Below are positions 19,847 to 30,112 of a stretch of 64,000 bases of DNA, piece after piece. How positions within the stretch are numbered: the stretch's first letter is position 1; the number at the start of each line of letters is the position of its first letter. The translations under genes were made by a program, and so were the position numbers. Below the pieces are notes generated by a model, which was not told the DNA's origin, did no database searches, and saw nothing but the letters and a program-made list of their open reading frames with translations. Source of the DNA: an uncultured Staphylococcaceae bacterium (lineage in GTDB: Bacteria; Bacillota_I; Bacilli_A; ML615J-28; CAG-313); contig CAZIQF010000001.1 in the NCBI GenBank assembly GCA_964541525.1, positions 90,553 to 154,552 on the forward strand, read 5' to 3'.

Positions 19847-19912
19847 ATGACACCTCTCAATAATCTTCCAGTAATATTATATCAAAAAAAGTCAATTTTT
19901 GCAAATTCAAAA

Positions 19913-20419
19913 TTAGAAATTAATCAAATATGAGTCAAACACTTTACTAAGCGGATGATACAAAATAATCGTTGATAAAAAACTACTTACCGCCAGAATG
20001 ATTTCAAATGTTAAATCTTGGATAAGATAATACATTGGATCAAGATGTAAAAAAATTACATTGGGAATTAGATAAATCCAACAATAAAAAAATGAACAAA
20101 CAATCCCTAACCCTCCTAGCCATAATGGATGATCGACTTTTTTAAATAAAGTACAAGTAAGAATCGGAATAAGCATCCATCCTAAGATCATAAATGGTGT
20201 AAAGATTATATTAAAACTGCCTACAACTAAATTATCCAAAATAATGTAAACTAAAATAATAATTGAACTTTTAAAAAATCCCAATTTTTTCGCATAGAGA
20301 ATCATTAAAAAGACTGTTAAACTAATATTCGGTAATAAAGATAAAATAATTTTTTGAACAAATAAAATACAACTTAAAGCAGCCATCAAAGTAATTTCTT
20401 TAATCTTATTTCCAACCAT
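19913..20419 (-). CDS. small polytopic membrane protein (ECF-transporter S-component-like)
   Basis: 168 aa with 5-6 TM segments. Overlaps the upstream lipoprotein gene by 14 nt. Confidence 0.4.
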   Translation of the reverse strand: MVGNKIKEITLMAALSCILFVQKIILSLLPNISLTVFLMILYAKKLGFFKSSIIILVYIILDNLVVGSFNIIFTPFMILGWMLIPILTCTLFKKVDHPLWLGGLGIVCSFFYCWIYLIPNVIFLHLDPMYYLIQDLTFEIILAVSSFLSTIILYHPLSKVFDSYLINF

Positions 20420-20867
20420 TAATTACAAACCCAAACTCTTGTAGACCTTCTAAACTAGTTTCGCCAATACCACTAGGAGCAGAATTACCATTAACGGCGA
20501 TATAACTCCACGAAACATCAATTTCTTGATTATCATTACATTCGGAATAATTTGCAAAATAACCTCTTGTATAAGTTAAACCATAAGTACTATCTTCTAG
20601 TACCAAATAATCCGCAGCATCGTTACTAAAATAATACTTATTACCCCTTTTAATTAAGGTATCAGTTACTGTGGTTGCATTTGCATATTCAATTTGATAT
20701 TTCACAATAACAATATTATCCGATAAATTGCTATTATCACTATCACTTTGATAGATTATAAAGTCATAACTTCCCTTAACGACTGGAACTAGTTCTTTAT
20801 GACAAGAACCAAGCATGAATGCGATAAAAAAAATCATCATCAAGCATCCATAAAAATTCTTTTTCAT
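20406..20867 (-). CDS. hypothetical lipoprotein
   Basis: Signal peptide with lipobox 'LGSC'. 153 aa. Confidence 0.5.
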   Translation of the reverse strand: MKKNFYGCLMMIFFIAFMLGSCHKELVPVVKGSYDFIIYQSDSDNSNLSDNIVIVKYQIEYANATTVTDTLIKRGNKYYFSNDAADYLVLEDSTYGLTYTRGYFANYSECNDNQEIDVSWSYIAVNGNSAPSGIGETSLEGLQEFGFVINGWK

Positions 20868-21163
20868 TGCTGTTTATAATTCATTTAACCAATAACGTGA
20901 CCCAGCATTATTTACAATTAAATCAATTATTTCCTCCTCTTATTTTAGATTAGGCAAGTCTCCTGACTTAACATCATCCCATTATTAACCTTCTCAAATC
21001 AAAATTCAATGGTATTAAAATAATAGTCCGTATTCACAGTTGCTGGCACAGTTTAAGCTTTTCACTTAGATTCCTTATTAAGTTTAACTAAAAACACCTA
21101 ACATTGATTATTATATCATTTTTTGCTGCTTTATACCAATATTTTAATTGAACAATCAAAATA

Positions 21164-21763
21164 TTATGATTCTTTTAATAAATTAATTAAGATTTTTCCA
21201 CATGTTAATGCATCATCACAAGCACGATGGGCATTTTTATTAATAATTTTATAATATTCCGCTACAGTAGCTTGTTTATAATTGGGTAAAAACAACTTAT
21301 TTCTTGCAATCTTCAAAGTATCAATATAACGAATAATACCATTATAACCTAACCTTTCTAGAGTATTTGAAATAAACCCCATATCAAATGATGCATTATG
21401 AGCACATACGATGACATCACCAGTCAACACCTTTTCAAAAAACTTAACAAATTTAGCATAGACAATAGCTTCATCATCAGCTTTTTTTATCATCGTATTT
21501 GTAATGTTATTTACTTTCGTGACCTGTGGCGTAATTATACAATGGGGGTTAACTAAAGAGGAAAAACTTTCATTTGCTAATTGCTTAACAAACAATACCG
21601 CACCTAATTCAATAATACGATCGTTAGTACATGAAAATCCAGTCGTTTCTACATCAAATGCCATAAATGTCGTATTTAATTCATCAATAATATTTTTAGT
21701 CAATCTTTCTTCAATCAGTTTAATTTTACCATATTCTACTTCTTCAAAAATATTATAATTCAT
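21164..21763 (-). CDS. DEDDh 3'-5' exonuclease (DnaQ/epsilon-like)
   Basis: Exo I 'FDVETTG', Exo II 'CAHNASFD', Exo III 'HRACDDA'. Preferred start 'MNYNIF' at 21763, with AAGGA upstream. Confidence 0.7.
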   Translation of the reverse strand: MNYNIFEEVEYGKIKLIEERLTKNIIDELNTTFMAFDVETTGFSCTNDRIIELGAVLFVKQLANESFSSLVNPHCIITPQVTKVNNITNTMIKKADDEAIVYAKFVKFFEKVLTGDVIVCAHNASFDMGFISNTLERLGYNGIIRYIDTLKIARNKLFLPNYKQATVAEYYKIINKNAHRACDDALTCGKILINLLKES

Positions 21764-21899
21764 TTTACAACAGTCCTTATCTAATAGAATTATTATTAGT
21801 ATAAACCATTTAAATCTTATTTTCAAGTTTTCTAATTATTTTATTTTTAAAGCATTATATTAGCATTTTTGTGGATTTCTTGGTATATTATCCACATAA

Positions 21900-22120
21900 A
21901 AAAGTAAATAGAGGTAGCGTTGCAAATGAGTAACATTAGCTAGCAGGCATGCGATGATCTAATGAGAAAGGTAATCAACGCCGAATAAAATAATTAGGCA
22001 TAATTATTTTATGGGGTTATAGAGAATATCTATAACACTCCTACAATTAATATTGTAGAGGCGCTAGACTAAAATATCAAAAGGTATTAAAAAGCGTCTA
22101 GCACGCTTTTTTTGTTTTTT
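21900..22120 (+). promoter_or_regulatory. structured leader with terminator/antiterminator alternative upstream of amino-acid ABC operon
   Basis: Terminator AAAAAGCGT-CTAGC-ACGCTTTTTTT (22088..22117) sits immediately before the RBS. The upstream 'GCGCTAGAC' is complementary to 'GTCTAGC' of the terminator 5' arm and loop. Class not identified. Confidence 0.4.
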
Positions 22121-22139
22121 ATCGAAAGGAATTAAGAAA

Positions 22140-22973
22140 ATGAAAAAATTATTTTTATGCTTATTATTAAGTATTTGTTGTTGTAGCTTAACAAGTTGTA
22201 AAAAAGCACAATTTAACGAAAAAGAAGGAGTTATAACGATTGGTCTAGAATGTAACTATGCACCTTTTAATTGGGCCGAAACTAAACCAACTACAACTAA
22301 TGTCAAAGTAACTGGAGCGTCTAATATGTACGCCGAAGGTTATGATGTAATGATTGCAAAAAGAATTGCTGAACAATTAGGTTATGAACTAAAAATTAAA
22401 GCAATTGATTGGAACGGATTAGTACCTGCATTAACATCTGGTGATATTGATCTAATTATCGCTGGAATGAGTCCAACTGCTGAACGTAAGAAAGTAATTA
22501 ACTTTACTGATGAATATTATCGCTCTAATCATGTCTTACTAATGAAAAAATCTAGTGTATACGCAAATGCAAAAACATTTGATGATTTAAATAACGCTAA
22601 AGTAATTGGTCAAAAATCAACATCATATGATGAACTTGCAAAACAAATTGCTGAAAAGAATTCATCAACTATATATCAAAATCCACTTAATACAATTCCT
22701 GAGATTATTATTTCACTTACTTCTAACGCATCGGATATTACTGTTCTAGAAGAACCTGTTGCAAGAGGAATTGTTGCAAAATATCCTGAATTCACTTATA
22801 TCCAACTAGAAAGTGCTTTTGATATTCTAGAAGAAAATTTAATTGTTTCAATCGGTGTCAGAAAAATCGATGAAGCACTTTTAGTGGCAGTAAATAGTGC
22901 ACTTGCAAATATTTCTCAAGAAGAAAGAAATAATATTATGCAAACTGCTATTGGGCTACAAAATGAGGAATAA
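22140..22973 (+). CDS. amino-acid ABC transporter substrate-binding lipoprotein
   Basis: Lipobox 'LTSC'. SBP_bac_3-like, 277 aa. Confidence 0.8.
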   Translation: MKKLFLCLLLSICCCSLTSCKKAQFNEKEGVITIGLECNYAPFNWAETKPTTTNVKVTGASNMYAEGYDVMIAKRIAEQLGYELKIKAIDWNGLVPALTSGDIDLIIAGMSPTAERKKVINFTDEYYRSNHVLLMKKSSVYANAKTFDDLNNAKVIGQKSTSYDELAKQIAEKNSSTIYQNPLNTIPEIIISLTSNASDITVLEEPVARGIVAKYPEFTYIQLESAFDILEENLIVSIGVRKIDEALLVAVNSALANISQEERNNIMQTAIGLQNEE

Positions 22974-22974
22974 T

Positions 22975-23700
22975 ATGGAGCTTAACTTTTTATCTTATTC
23001 TGTTGTCTTAAGAGAATACGGAATTTTATTTGCTGATGGTGTTTTAATCACCTTATATCTTGCAATTTTTGGAACCATAATCGGTTTCATTTTGGCTTTA
23101 ATTTTAGGAACAATACGCGTTCAGACCATTAATCCAACTGATTCTAGATTTGTTAAGGGAATTAAACGCATTGGTTTAGTCTTTGTTAAAACTTATGTTA
23201 CTATTTTTAGAGGAACACCAATGATTCTACAAGCATTCATCTTCTTCTATGGTTTTAAAACAATCGGCATTAATTGGAGTGCGAATCTTGCAGGATTATT
23301 TACTGTTTCCCTAAATACTTCAGCATATTTAACCGAAGTGATTAGAGGTGGAATTGAATCAATTGACAAAGGACAAATGGAAGCGGCACGGGCGATGGGG
23401 ATGAGTCAAACTAAAGCGATGATTTATGTAATCTTCCCACAAGCACTTAAAAATTCAATGGCTTCAATTGGTAATGAATTAATTATTAACATTAAAGATA
23501 CCGCTGTACTTAGTACAATTGGAATTATTGATTTATTCTCAACTATTGAAACCGTAACTGGAAGTACACTTCTTTATTTAGAAGCATATTCCATTGGAGC
23601 AATTATTTACTTAATTCTTACCCTTGGTTCTTCTAAACTATTAATGTTATTAGAGCGCAAAATTGGTGCTCCAACTAAAGAAATAACTAGTTGTAATTAG
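22975..23700 (+). CDS. amino-acid ABC transporter permease
   Basis: '[10 protein letters not shown]' EAA motif. Preferred start ATG at 22975 with AGGAATAAT upstream. The ORF track is over-extended to 22897. Confidence 0.8.
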   Translation: MELNFLSYSVVLREYGILFADGVLITLYLAIFGTIIGFILALILGTIRVQTINPTDSRFVKGIKRIGLVFVKTYVTIFRGTPMILQAFIFFYGFKTIGINWSANLAGLFTVSLNTSAYLTEVIRGGIESIDKGQMEAARAMGMSQTKAMIYVIFPQALKNSMASIGNELIINIKDTAVLSTIGIIDLFSTIETVTGSTLLYLEAYSIGAIIYLILTLGSSKLLMLLERKIGAPTKEITSCN

Positions 23701-23710
23701 TGAGGTAACT

Positions 23711-24451
23711 ATGGAACCTATATTTAAAATTAATAATTTAACTAAATCATTTGATAATGAAGTTATTTTAGACAATATCAACCTAACCATCAATAAAGGT
23801 GATATTATATCAATTATCGGTCCATCCGGTTCTGGTAAATCAACATTACTTAGATGTTTGAACTTATTAAATATTCCTGATAGTGGTGAAATTTATTTTC
23901 ATAATCAAAACATTATCACTAATCCTAAGCAATTAAACAATTTAAGAACTAAAATCGGGATGGTTTTTCAATCATTTAATTTGTTCAACAATATGAATGT
24001 ATTACAAAACCTCATCATTGGTCCTACCAAAATCTTAAAAATGCCTAAGGCGGAGGCTATCGCTAATGCTAAAGAATTATTAAAACTTGTTGGATTAGAA
24101 GGATTTGAAAATCAAAGAGTTCAAACATTATCTGGTGGACAAAAACAACGCGTTGCGATAGCAAGAACATTATGTATGAAGCCAGAAGTAATCTTATTTG
24201 ATGAACCAACCAGTGCATTAGACCCAGAAATGATTGGTGAAGTTCTAGATGTCATTAAAAAATTAACAACTAAAGATATGACATTAATTATTGTTACTCA
24301 TGAAATGAGTTTTGCTAAAGAAATTAGTAGTCGTGTCGTTTTTATGGCCGATAGCAAAATTATCGAAACTGGAACTCCTACTGAAATCTTCGAACATCCT
24401 AAATGTGAACGAACTAAAAACTTTTTAGAACGCTTTAATAATCAAAAATAG
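23711..24451 (+). CDS. amino-acid ABC transporter ATP-binding protein (GlnQ-like)
   Basis: 'GPSGSGKST', 'LSGGQKQR', '[11 protein letters not shown]'. Confidence 0.85.
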   Translation: MEPIFKINNLTKSFDNEVILDNINLTINKGDIISIIGPSGSGKSTLLRCLNLLNIPDSGEIYFHNQNIITNPKQLNNLRTKIGMVFQSFNLFNNMNVLQNLIIGPTKILKMPKAEAIANAKELLKLVGLEGFENQRVQTLSGGQKQRVAIARTLCMKPEVILFDEPTSALDPEMIGEVLDVIKKLTTKDMTLIIVTHEMSFAKEISSRVVFMADSKIIETGTPTEIFEHPKCERTKNFLERFNNQK

Positions 24452-24482
24452 TGTAGAAAATTTTCTACACTATTTTATTTTA
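24451..24482. terminator. bidirectional intrinsic terminator between ABC ATPase gene (+) and xth (-)
   Basis: Perfect palindrome GTGTAGAAAATTTTCTACAC flanked by A-runs and T-runs. Confidence 0.55.
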
Positions 24483-25239
24483 CATTAATATCTAAGACAA
24501 TTGGACAATGATCACTACCCATGATATCATTACAAATATCAGTGGCAATAACTTTTGATCTTAAGCAATCACTAATAATAAAGTAATCAATTCTCCATCC
24601 AGCGTTATTCACCCTTGCATTGAATCGATAACTCCACCACGAATATTTAATTGTATTAGGGTGTAATACTCGATAAATATCAGTATAACCATTAGCTAAT
24701 AGGTTAGTAAATGCATTACGTTCTTCAATTGTAAATCCTGCATTATGAATATTCGCATTAGGATTTTTGATATCAATTGGTTGATGAGCACAATTTAAGT
24801 CACCTGCGTAAATAATTGGCTTTTTCTGATTTAAATCATTCAAATACTTAAGTATATCTTCTTCAAATTCTAATCTAAAATCTAGTCGTTTTAGCCCATC
24901 ACCACTATTGGGGACATAACACGCAACATAATAAAACTCTTCGAACTCAAGGGTGATAATTCGCCCTTCATCATCATATTTATGATTGTCTAAGCCATAA
25001 TGTACACTTAATGGTTTATTTTTTGTATAAACTAAAACCCCTGAATAACCTTTTCTTATCTTAGAATTAGTATAATAACAATAATATCCCGATGGTTCAA
25101 ATACCGATATATCCGAATCTAATGATAATTTAGTTTCATTTAAACTAAAAATATCAGCATTAAATCGTTCAAAATCTTCAATAAAGTTTTTCTTGATGAT
25201 TGCTCGCAACCCATTTACATTAAAAGAAACAATTTTCAT
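24475..25239 (-). CDS. xth: exodeoxyribonuclease III (AP endonuclease)
   Basis: 'MKIVSFNVNGLRA' plus EEP-fold motifs. 254 aa. Confidence 0.85.
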   Translation of the reverse strand: MKIVSFNVNGLRAIIKKNFIEDFERFNADIFSLNETKLSLDSDISVFEPSGYYCYYTNSKIRKGYSGVLVYTKNKPLSVHYGLDNHKYDDEGRIITLEFEEFYYVACYVPNSGDGLKRLDFRLEFEEDILKYLNDLNQKKPIIYAGDLNCAHQPIDIKNPNANIHNAGFTIEERNAFTNLLANGYTDIYRVLHPNTIKYSWWSYRFNARVNNAGWRIDYFIISDCLRSKVIATDICNDIMGSDHCPIVLDINVK

Positions 25240-25290
25240 TTTATATCCTCTTCTTTTTATAAAAATTCTATTTCTTAGTTACTTCATTAA

Positions 25291-25509
25291 TTATCTTCTA
25301 AATTTTATAATTATAAATAATAAACAAATTAGCATAATTACTAATAATACCAATATTCCATAAAATCGATAACCAATTATATAGTCCTTAAATGCTAAAA
25401 CAATCCAAATTGCTGCAGTAATAATTGTAATCAAAAAGCAAATTAGTGTCAAGCAAAAATTAGACCATTTGGAATGTGATTTATTAAGTGATATTTGATT
25501 ATCTGTCAT
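25291..25509 (-). CDS. small two-TM membrane protein
   Basis: 72-aa hydrophobic ORF adjacent to the DUF1294 gene. Confidence 0.3.
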   Translation of the reverse strand: MTDNQISLNKSHSKWSNFCLTLICFLITIITAAIWIVLAFKDYIIGYRFYGILVLLVIMLICLLFIIIKFRR

Positions 25510-25510
25510 G

Positions 25511-25816
25511 TTATCTTTTTCCTATAATTACTAATGTGATTAAAATTCCAAGGATAATCAGTGATAAAACTAAAGAAAAGTTAATGATGAAACTAAAATA
25601 TTTTTTTTGTGTTTTATGTCTAACTAAAACTCTCGCAAAATATGCTCCAATACTTCCTCCTAGTGCTACCACCAAAAGTAATACTTTTTCTTTGATTCTA
25701 ATATGATTTGCTTTTTTTGCAAAAGATTTATCAACTACAAATAGAACAAATGTCACAAGGGAAATAGTTATTAGATAAATCAAATAAGCAATCAGTAATA
25801 TACAATAATAATTCAT
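25511..25816 (-). CDS. DUF1294-family membrane protein
   Basis: 'LLLVVALGGSIGAYFARVLVRHKTQK' conserved core. Confidence 0.5.
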   Translation of the reverse strand: MNYYCILLIAYLIYLITISLVTFVLFVVDKSFAKKANHIRIKEKVLLLVVALGGSIGAYFARVLVRHKTQKKYFSFIINFSLVLSLIILGILITLVIIGKR

Positions 25817-25817
25817 T

Positions 25818-27614
25818 TTATTTAATCATTTTTGTTTCTTTTAATAACGCTTCAAAAGTATCAATATCTTCTTCAATAAATCTTAAACTTTCAAGCCAAA
25901 ATTCTTTATTGGTTACATCAATATCCATGCTCATTGCAACATCTTCTACACTCATAAAACCAGTATTTCTTAACATTTGATCATATTTTTGAACAAATGA
26001 TTGAGGATTTTTTAAATATTGCTTATATAAACCTTTACCATATAATAAACCAAATGCATATGGCCAATTATAGAAATTAAGGCCTGCACTATAATAATGG
26101 CTCTTGACTAGCCACATATACGGATGACGATATGCTGAATCAAGACCATCACCATAACTTTCATCTTGGGCATCTAGCATCATTTTACACATATCATCTG
26201 CTGATAGTGGTACAGCTACATCGCTTGCAAGAACTTTCGATTCAAATAAGAATCTTGATAGAATATCAATTACACATTGAGTATCTTCTTGAAGTGATTG
26301 TTCAACTACTGTTAATTTTTCAAGTGGATCACTGATTTCATTAATCATTTTGTTAGCCATTAATGTTTGGCAGAAAATTGATGCTGTTTCAGCAAGTGGC
26401 ATTGGATAGTCGCGATTGAGTGGAGCATTATCACATGTAACTCGACCATGATACGCATGACCTAATTCATGAGCTAATGTTTGAATATCACTTAGTGAAC
26501 CTGTAAAGTTAGTTAATACACGACTTTGATTATGATTGCCTAAACTAGCACAAAATGCTCCACCACTTTTACCTTGTGCCGGTAAAAAGTCAATCCATTG
26601 ATTTTCAAATGCTTCTTTTCCTAATTCATATAACTTATCAGAAAATGATTTATATACTTCTAATACTAATTCTTTAGCTTCAAGTGGCGTATATTCTTTA
26701 GTTAAATTTCCCATTGGTGCGAACAATTCATAGAATGGAAGTCCATTTTCATGACCTAACGCTTTAGCTTTTAATTTAAAATATTCTCTAAATTTAGGTG
26801 CTTCTTCTTTAATTGCTTCAATCATTGCATTTAAAGTTGCTTGTTTCATATGTGATTGAATTAATGTTTTTTCTAGAGCACTCTTAAATCCGCGTAATGG
26901 CATCATAATATTGACTTCACGCTTAATGTTATTTAAAGCCATTGCTACTGATGTTTCAATTGTTTTGCAAGCTTCAAGTTCGGCAAAATAAGCATTTTTT
27001 CTCACTTCTTGATCATTAGCGTAAGCAAGATTTCGAACTGCAGATAATGGCATTGCTTCATCAAAGCCTTTAACTTTAATTGATAAATTAGCAGTTAATT
27101 GTTGTTGTAAATCACTCCAAGATGAAGAACCAACTAATTCCAATTTAGCAGCTAAGATTTCTTCTTTATCCGATAGCATATGTTTGGCACTTTCTTGATT
27201 GTTCTTTAAATTAAATAAATATGTTTTAATTAATTCACTTTTTGAAGCAAGATCATCTAAATCTAAATCTAATAAAAATTTGGTAAAGGCAACACTTGAA
27301 CCAACAGTTTCTTGAAGGGCCATTTGTAATTTTCCCATTTCACCTAAAGCCACAAAATCGTTAACATTAGTTGCTGTTCTTAATGATGAATACGTAAATA
27401 ATTCTTCGATTAAACTAGTGAAACGTTCTTCGAGTTTTAATTCTGCTTCAATTACATTAATTACACTTTGTTCATCACTCTTATTAATGGTTTTTAATAA
27501 TTCAGCTTTTTGATTTAATTCTTGAATTAATTCAAATACACTCGAACTATCTTTTTGATATTTCTCATCTTCATATCCCTTATATAAGATATTTAAATCC
27601 CATTTCATTTCCAT
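25818..27614 (-). CDS. pepF: oligoendopeptidase F (M3B)
   Basis: Zinc motif 'HELGHAYH'. 598 aa. Confidence 0.85.
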   Translation of the reverse strand: MEMKWDLNILYKGYEDEKYQKDSSSVFELIQELNQKAELLKTINKSDEQSVINVIEAELKLEERFTSLIEELFTYSSLRTATNVNDFVALGEMGKLQMALQETVGSSVAFTKFLLDLDLDDLASKSELIKTYLFNLKNNQESAKHMLSDKEEILAAKLELVGSSSWSDLQQQLTANLSIKVKGFDEAMPLSAVRNLAYANDQEVRKNAYFAELEACKTIETSVAMALNNIKREVNIMMPLRGFKSALEKTLIQSHMKQATLNAMIEAIKEEAPKFREYFKLKAKALGHENGLPFYELFAPMGNLTKEYTPLEAKELVLEVYKSFSDKLYELGKEAFENQWIDFLPAQGKSGGAFCASLGNHNQSRVLTNFTGSLSDIQTLAHELGHAYHGRVTCDNAPLNRDYPMPLAETASIFCQTLMANKMINEISDPLEKLTVVEQSLQEDTQCVIDILSRFLFESKVLASDVAVPLSADDMCKMMLDAQDESYGDGLDSAYRHPYMWLVKSHYYSAGLNFYNWPYAFGLLYGKGLYKQYLKNPQSFVQKYDQMLRNTGFMSVEDVAMSMDIDVTNKEFWLESLRFIEEDIDTFEALLKETKMIK

Positions 27615-27632
27615 ATTTTTCTTCTCCTTTTT

Positions 27633-28154
27633 TTATAATCTATGAATATATTTTTCATCATATTGTGTTCTCGGTGCTTTATCTTCATCAGGATAACCGA
27701 TATAAATTAGTCCTAGTGGTATTACGTCATCATCTAATCTTAATAATTCTTTGACGTTCTTAACAACAGATTTTTGCGGATAAGCCCCACACCAAAGTGA
27801 ACCTAATCCCAAAGCAGTACATCCAATTAGGATGTTTTCAATAGCTGCTGAACAGTCTTGAATCCAATAATCATTATCTTTTCTAGACAAACTTCTTTGT
27901 AAATTACCACATACAACAATTGCGAGTGGTGCATCAATCTTAGTATAGCGACTGACATTGGTTAATTCTTTCAATAAAGTTTCATTAGTTATAACATAAA
28001 ATTCCCAAGGTTGTTTATTACATGCTGAGGGAGCACTCATTGCAACTTCTAGTAAATATTTAATATCTTCTTCATTTACTTGATTTGGCTTAAACTTTCT
28101 AATACTTCTTCTTCGTAACATTAGATTATACAAACTATTTCTCACTTTAATCAT
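27633..28154 (-). CDS. nitroreductase-family protein
   Basis: 'RRSIRKF' FMN-binding N-terminus. 173 aa. Confidence 0.7.
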   Translation of the reverse strand: MIKVRNSLYNLMLRRRSIRKFKPNQVNEEDIKYLLEVAMSAPSACNKQPWEFYVITNETLLKELTNVSRYTKIDAPLAIVVCGNLQRSLSRKDNDYWIQDCSAAIENILIGCTALGLGSLWCGAYPQKSVVKNVKELLRLDDDVIPLGLIYIGYPDEDKAPRTQYDEKYIHRL

Positions 28155-28275
28155 CCTCCTTGTTACTAATTATGTATAATTATTATAGCACAATTTTTAA
28201 AATATTGCTTGAAGATTAATTAATTAAATAAAAAAGATTCAAAAATCTCTTTGAATCTTTTCAGTATTAATTATT

Positions 28276-30060
28276 TTAGTCATTTTGTTCTAATTTTGTG
28301 ACACGAATATATAAAGCTAAATCAGCATTTAAACAATGCTCGGTGATTAAATTGGTAAAGTCAGCATCATATGCAAGTTCTACTAGATAATCACTTGAAT
28401 TTGAATATAATAAAGAACGAATTGATTGTCCAGAAATAATTGTTCCCTTTTTCAAATTCAAAATCCGATATCCATAATCACTAATAAGAGTTAATGAAAC
28501 TAATGTTTGATCATAGATTGGATGAGCAATTAAATTCTTACTTTGAGCTTTTTTTACTAAAGTTACAAATTCTGCTTTAAATTTATCCGTATGTATACAT
28601 TCTAATTGTTCTAATCTGGCTACCAAATGATCATAATTAGCAGTCCCACGATAATTTGAATTTCTAAGAATTAATGCAAATTCAACTAAACAACTAACAA
28701 ATTGATGATTTTCCGATAGTTCTTGTTTAACAATTTCATACCCAAATGATACTTTTTTTGTTAAGGATTCATTTGATTTAGGATCCTTATAATTAATTTG
28801 AACATTGAATAACTCTTGTAAGAAGGCATCGGTTTCTGCTTTTAAAACAATCTCATAAGCAATTAATGTTGTATGACCACTACCGACGTCTCCTGCATCT
28901 TTAGTTTCATCATTAAATTCATCTTCAGTTAGTAATTTATTTTCATAGCCGATTAAGCGATAACTGTCAACTGTATTAGGATTAAATTCAACCTTGTTTT
29001 TTACATCTTTTGCCACCGTTACTAGTGTTTTACTAATTTCATCAACTAATACCTTTTCAACCTCTAAACTGCTATCAATATACGCATAATTACCATTACC
29101 ATTTTTGGCTAGTGTTTCTAATGTTGTATCACGATAATTCCCCATACCAAAGCCTAATGTTGTAAGATAAATACCACTGGTTGTTTTTCCACTAATGAAT
29201 GATTTTAATTCATCTTGATTATAAATACCAATATTGAAATCACCATCTGTTGCAAGAATAATTCTGTTATTACCACCAGGAATTAAATATTTTTCAGCAA
29301 TTTCATAAGCTTTTTGAATTCCACCTGAACCATTAGTTCCACCACCAGCAGTTAAATCGTTGATAATTCGTTTTAGTGATTCTTTTTCATCGGCATAAAC
29401 ACCATTAGCACGTACTTTCACACCATTTGCATACGTTACAATTGAAATGCGATCAGTTGGTGATAAAGTATCTAATAATTTAGTAAATCCTTCTTTTAGT
29501 AAGCCAATTTTATTCGTAGAATTCATTGAACCTGATACATCAATTAAAAATACAAGATTATTACCAACACCTGTAGTTAAATCTTCTTCTTTAGTATTGA
29601 CTGCAATCGTTAATAATTGATTATCACTCCAAGGACATTTCCCCATTTCAGCACTAATCTTAAATGTTTCATCACCTTCTGGCTTTTCTAAATCATAATT
29701 AAAATAGTTAATTAATTCATCAGTTTTGATAATATTAGCATTAAGAGCTTGTCCTTGATTAATATATCTTCGTAAATTTGAATATGAAGCTGTAAATGAG
29801 TCCATACTAAAATAACTAGCATTATTACTACTCGTATAAATGAAATTATTTTCCGTAACCTGATTGTAATCTTCACCTAGCATAAATGAATCCTCATTAT
29901 CTTCAGCTACCTCACAAAAATTCCCACCATTCATCATGTCATTACTACCATTAGGTGCATATCCAGTATTTTTATTAGCACATGCAGTTAATAACATCAA
30001 TCCACATAATAAACAAATTAAAACAAAAGTTAAAGTTATTCTTTTTAACATTCTTTCCAC
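28276..30060 (-). CDS. von Willebrand factor A domain lipoprotein
   Basis: Lipobox 'LLTAC'. MIDAS 'VFLIDVSGSM'. 594 aa. Confidence 0.7.
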   Translation of the reverse strand: MERMLKRITLTFVLICLLCGLMLLTACANKNTGYAPNGSNDMMNGGNFCEVAEDNEDSFMLGEDYNQVTENNFIYTSSNNASYFSMDSFTASYSNLRRYINQGQALNANIIKTDELINYFNYDLEKPEGDETFKISAEMGKCPWSDNQLLTIAVNTKEEDLTTGVGNNLVFLIDVSGSMNSTNKIGLLKEGFTKLLDTLSPTDRISIVTYANGVKVRANGVYADEKESLKRIINDLTAGGGTNGSGGIQKAYEIAEKYLIPGGNNRIILATDGDFNIGIYNQDELKSFISGKTTSGIYLTTLGFGMGNYRDTTLETLAKNGNGNYAYIDSSLEVEKVLVDEISKTLVTVAKDVKNKVEFNPNTVDSYRLIGYENKLLTEDEFNDETKDAGDVGSGHTTLIAYEIVLKAETDAFLQELFNVQINYKDPKSNESLTKKVSFGYEIVKQELSENHQFVSCLVEFALILRNSNYRGTANYDHLVARLEQLECIHTDKFKAEFVTLVKKAQSKNLIAHPIYDQTLVSLTLISDYGYRILNLKKGTIISGQSIRSLLYSNSSDYLVELAYDADFTNLITEHCLNADLALYIRVTKLEQND

Positions 30061-30112
30061 TTCCTTTCACTTATAAAACAAATTAAAAAGGAAAAAAGTG
30101 ACAAAAATTTAA

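Noticed and set aside
20868-21163. preQ1-I riboswitch resemblance ('...CUAAAAUAAGAGGAGG')
   Set aside because: No P1 helix closing the A-rich tail could be drawn. The resemblance is limited to the A-rich/RBS segment.
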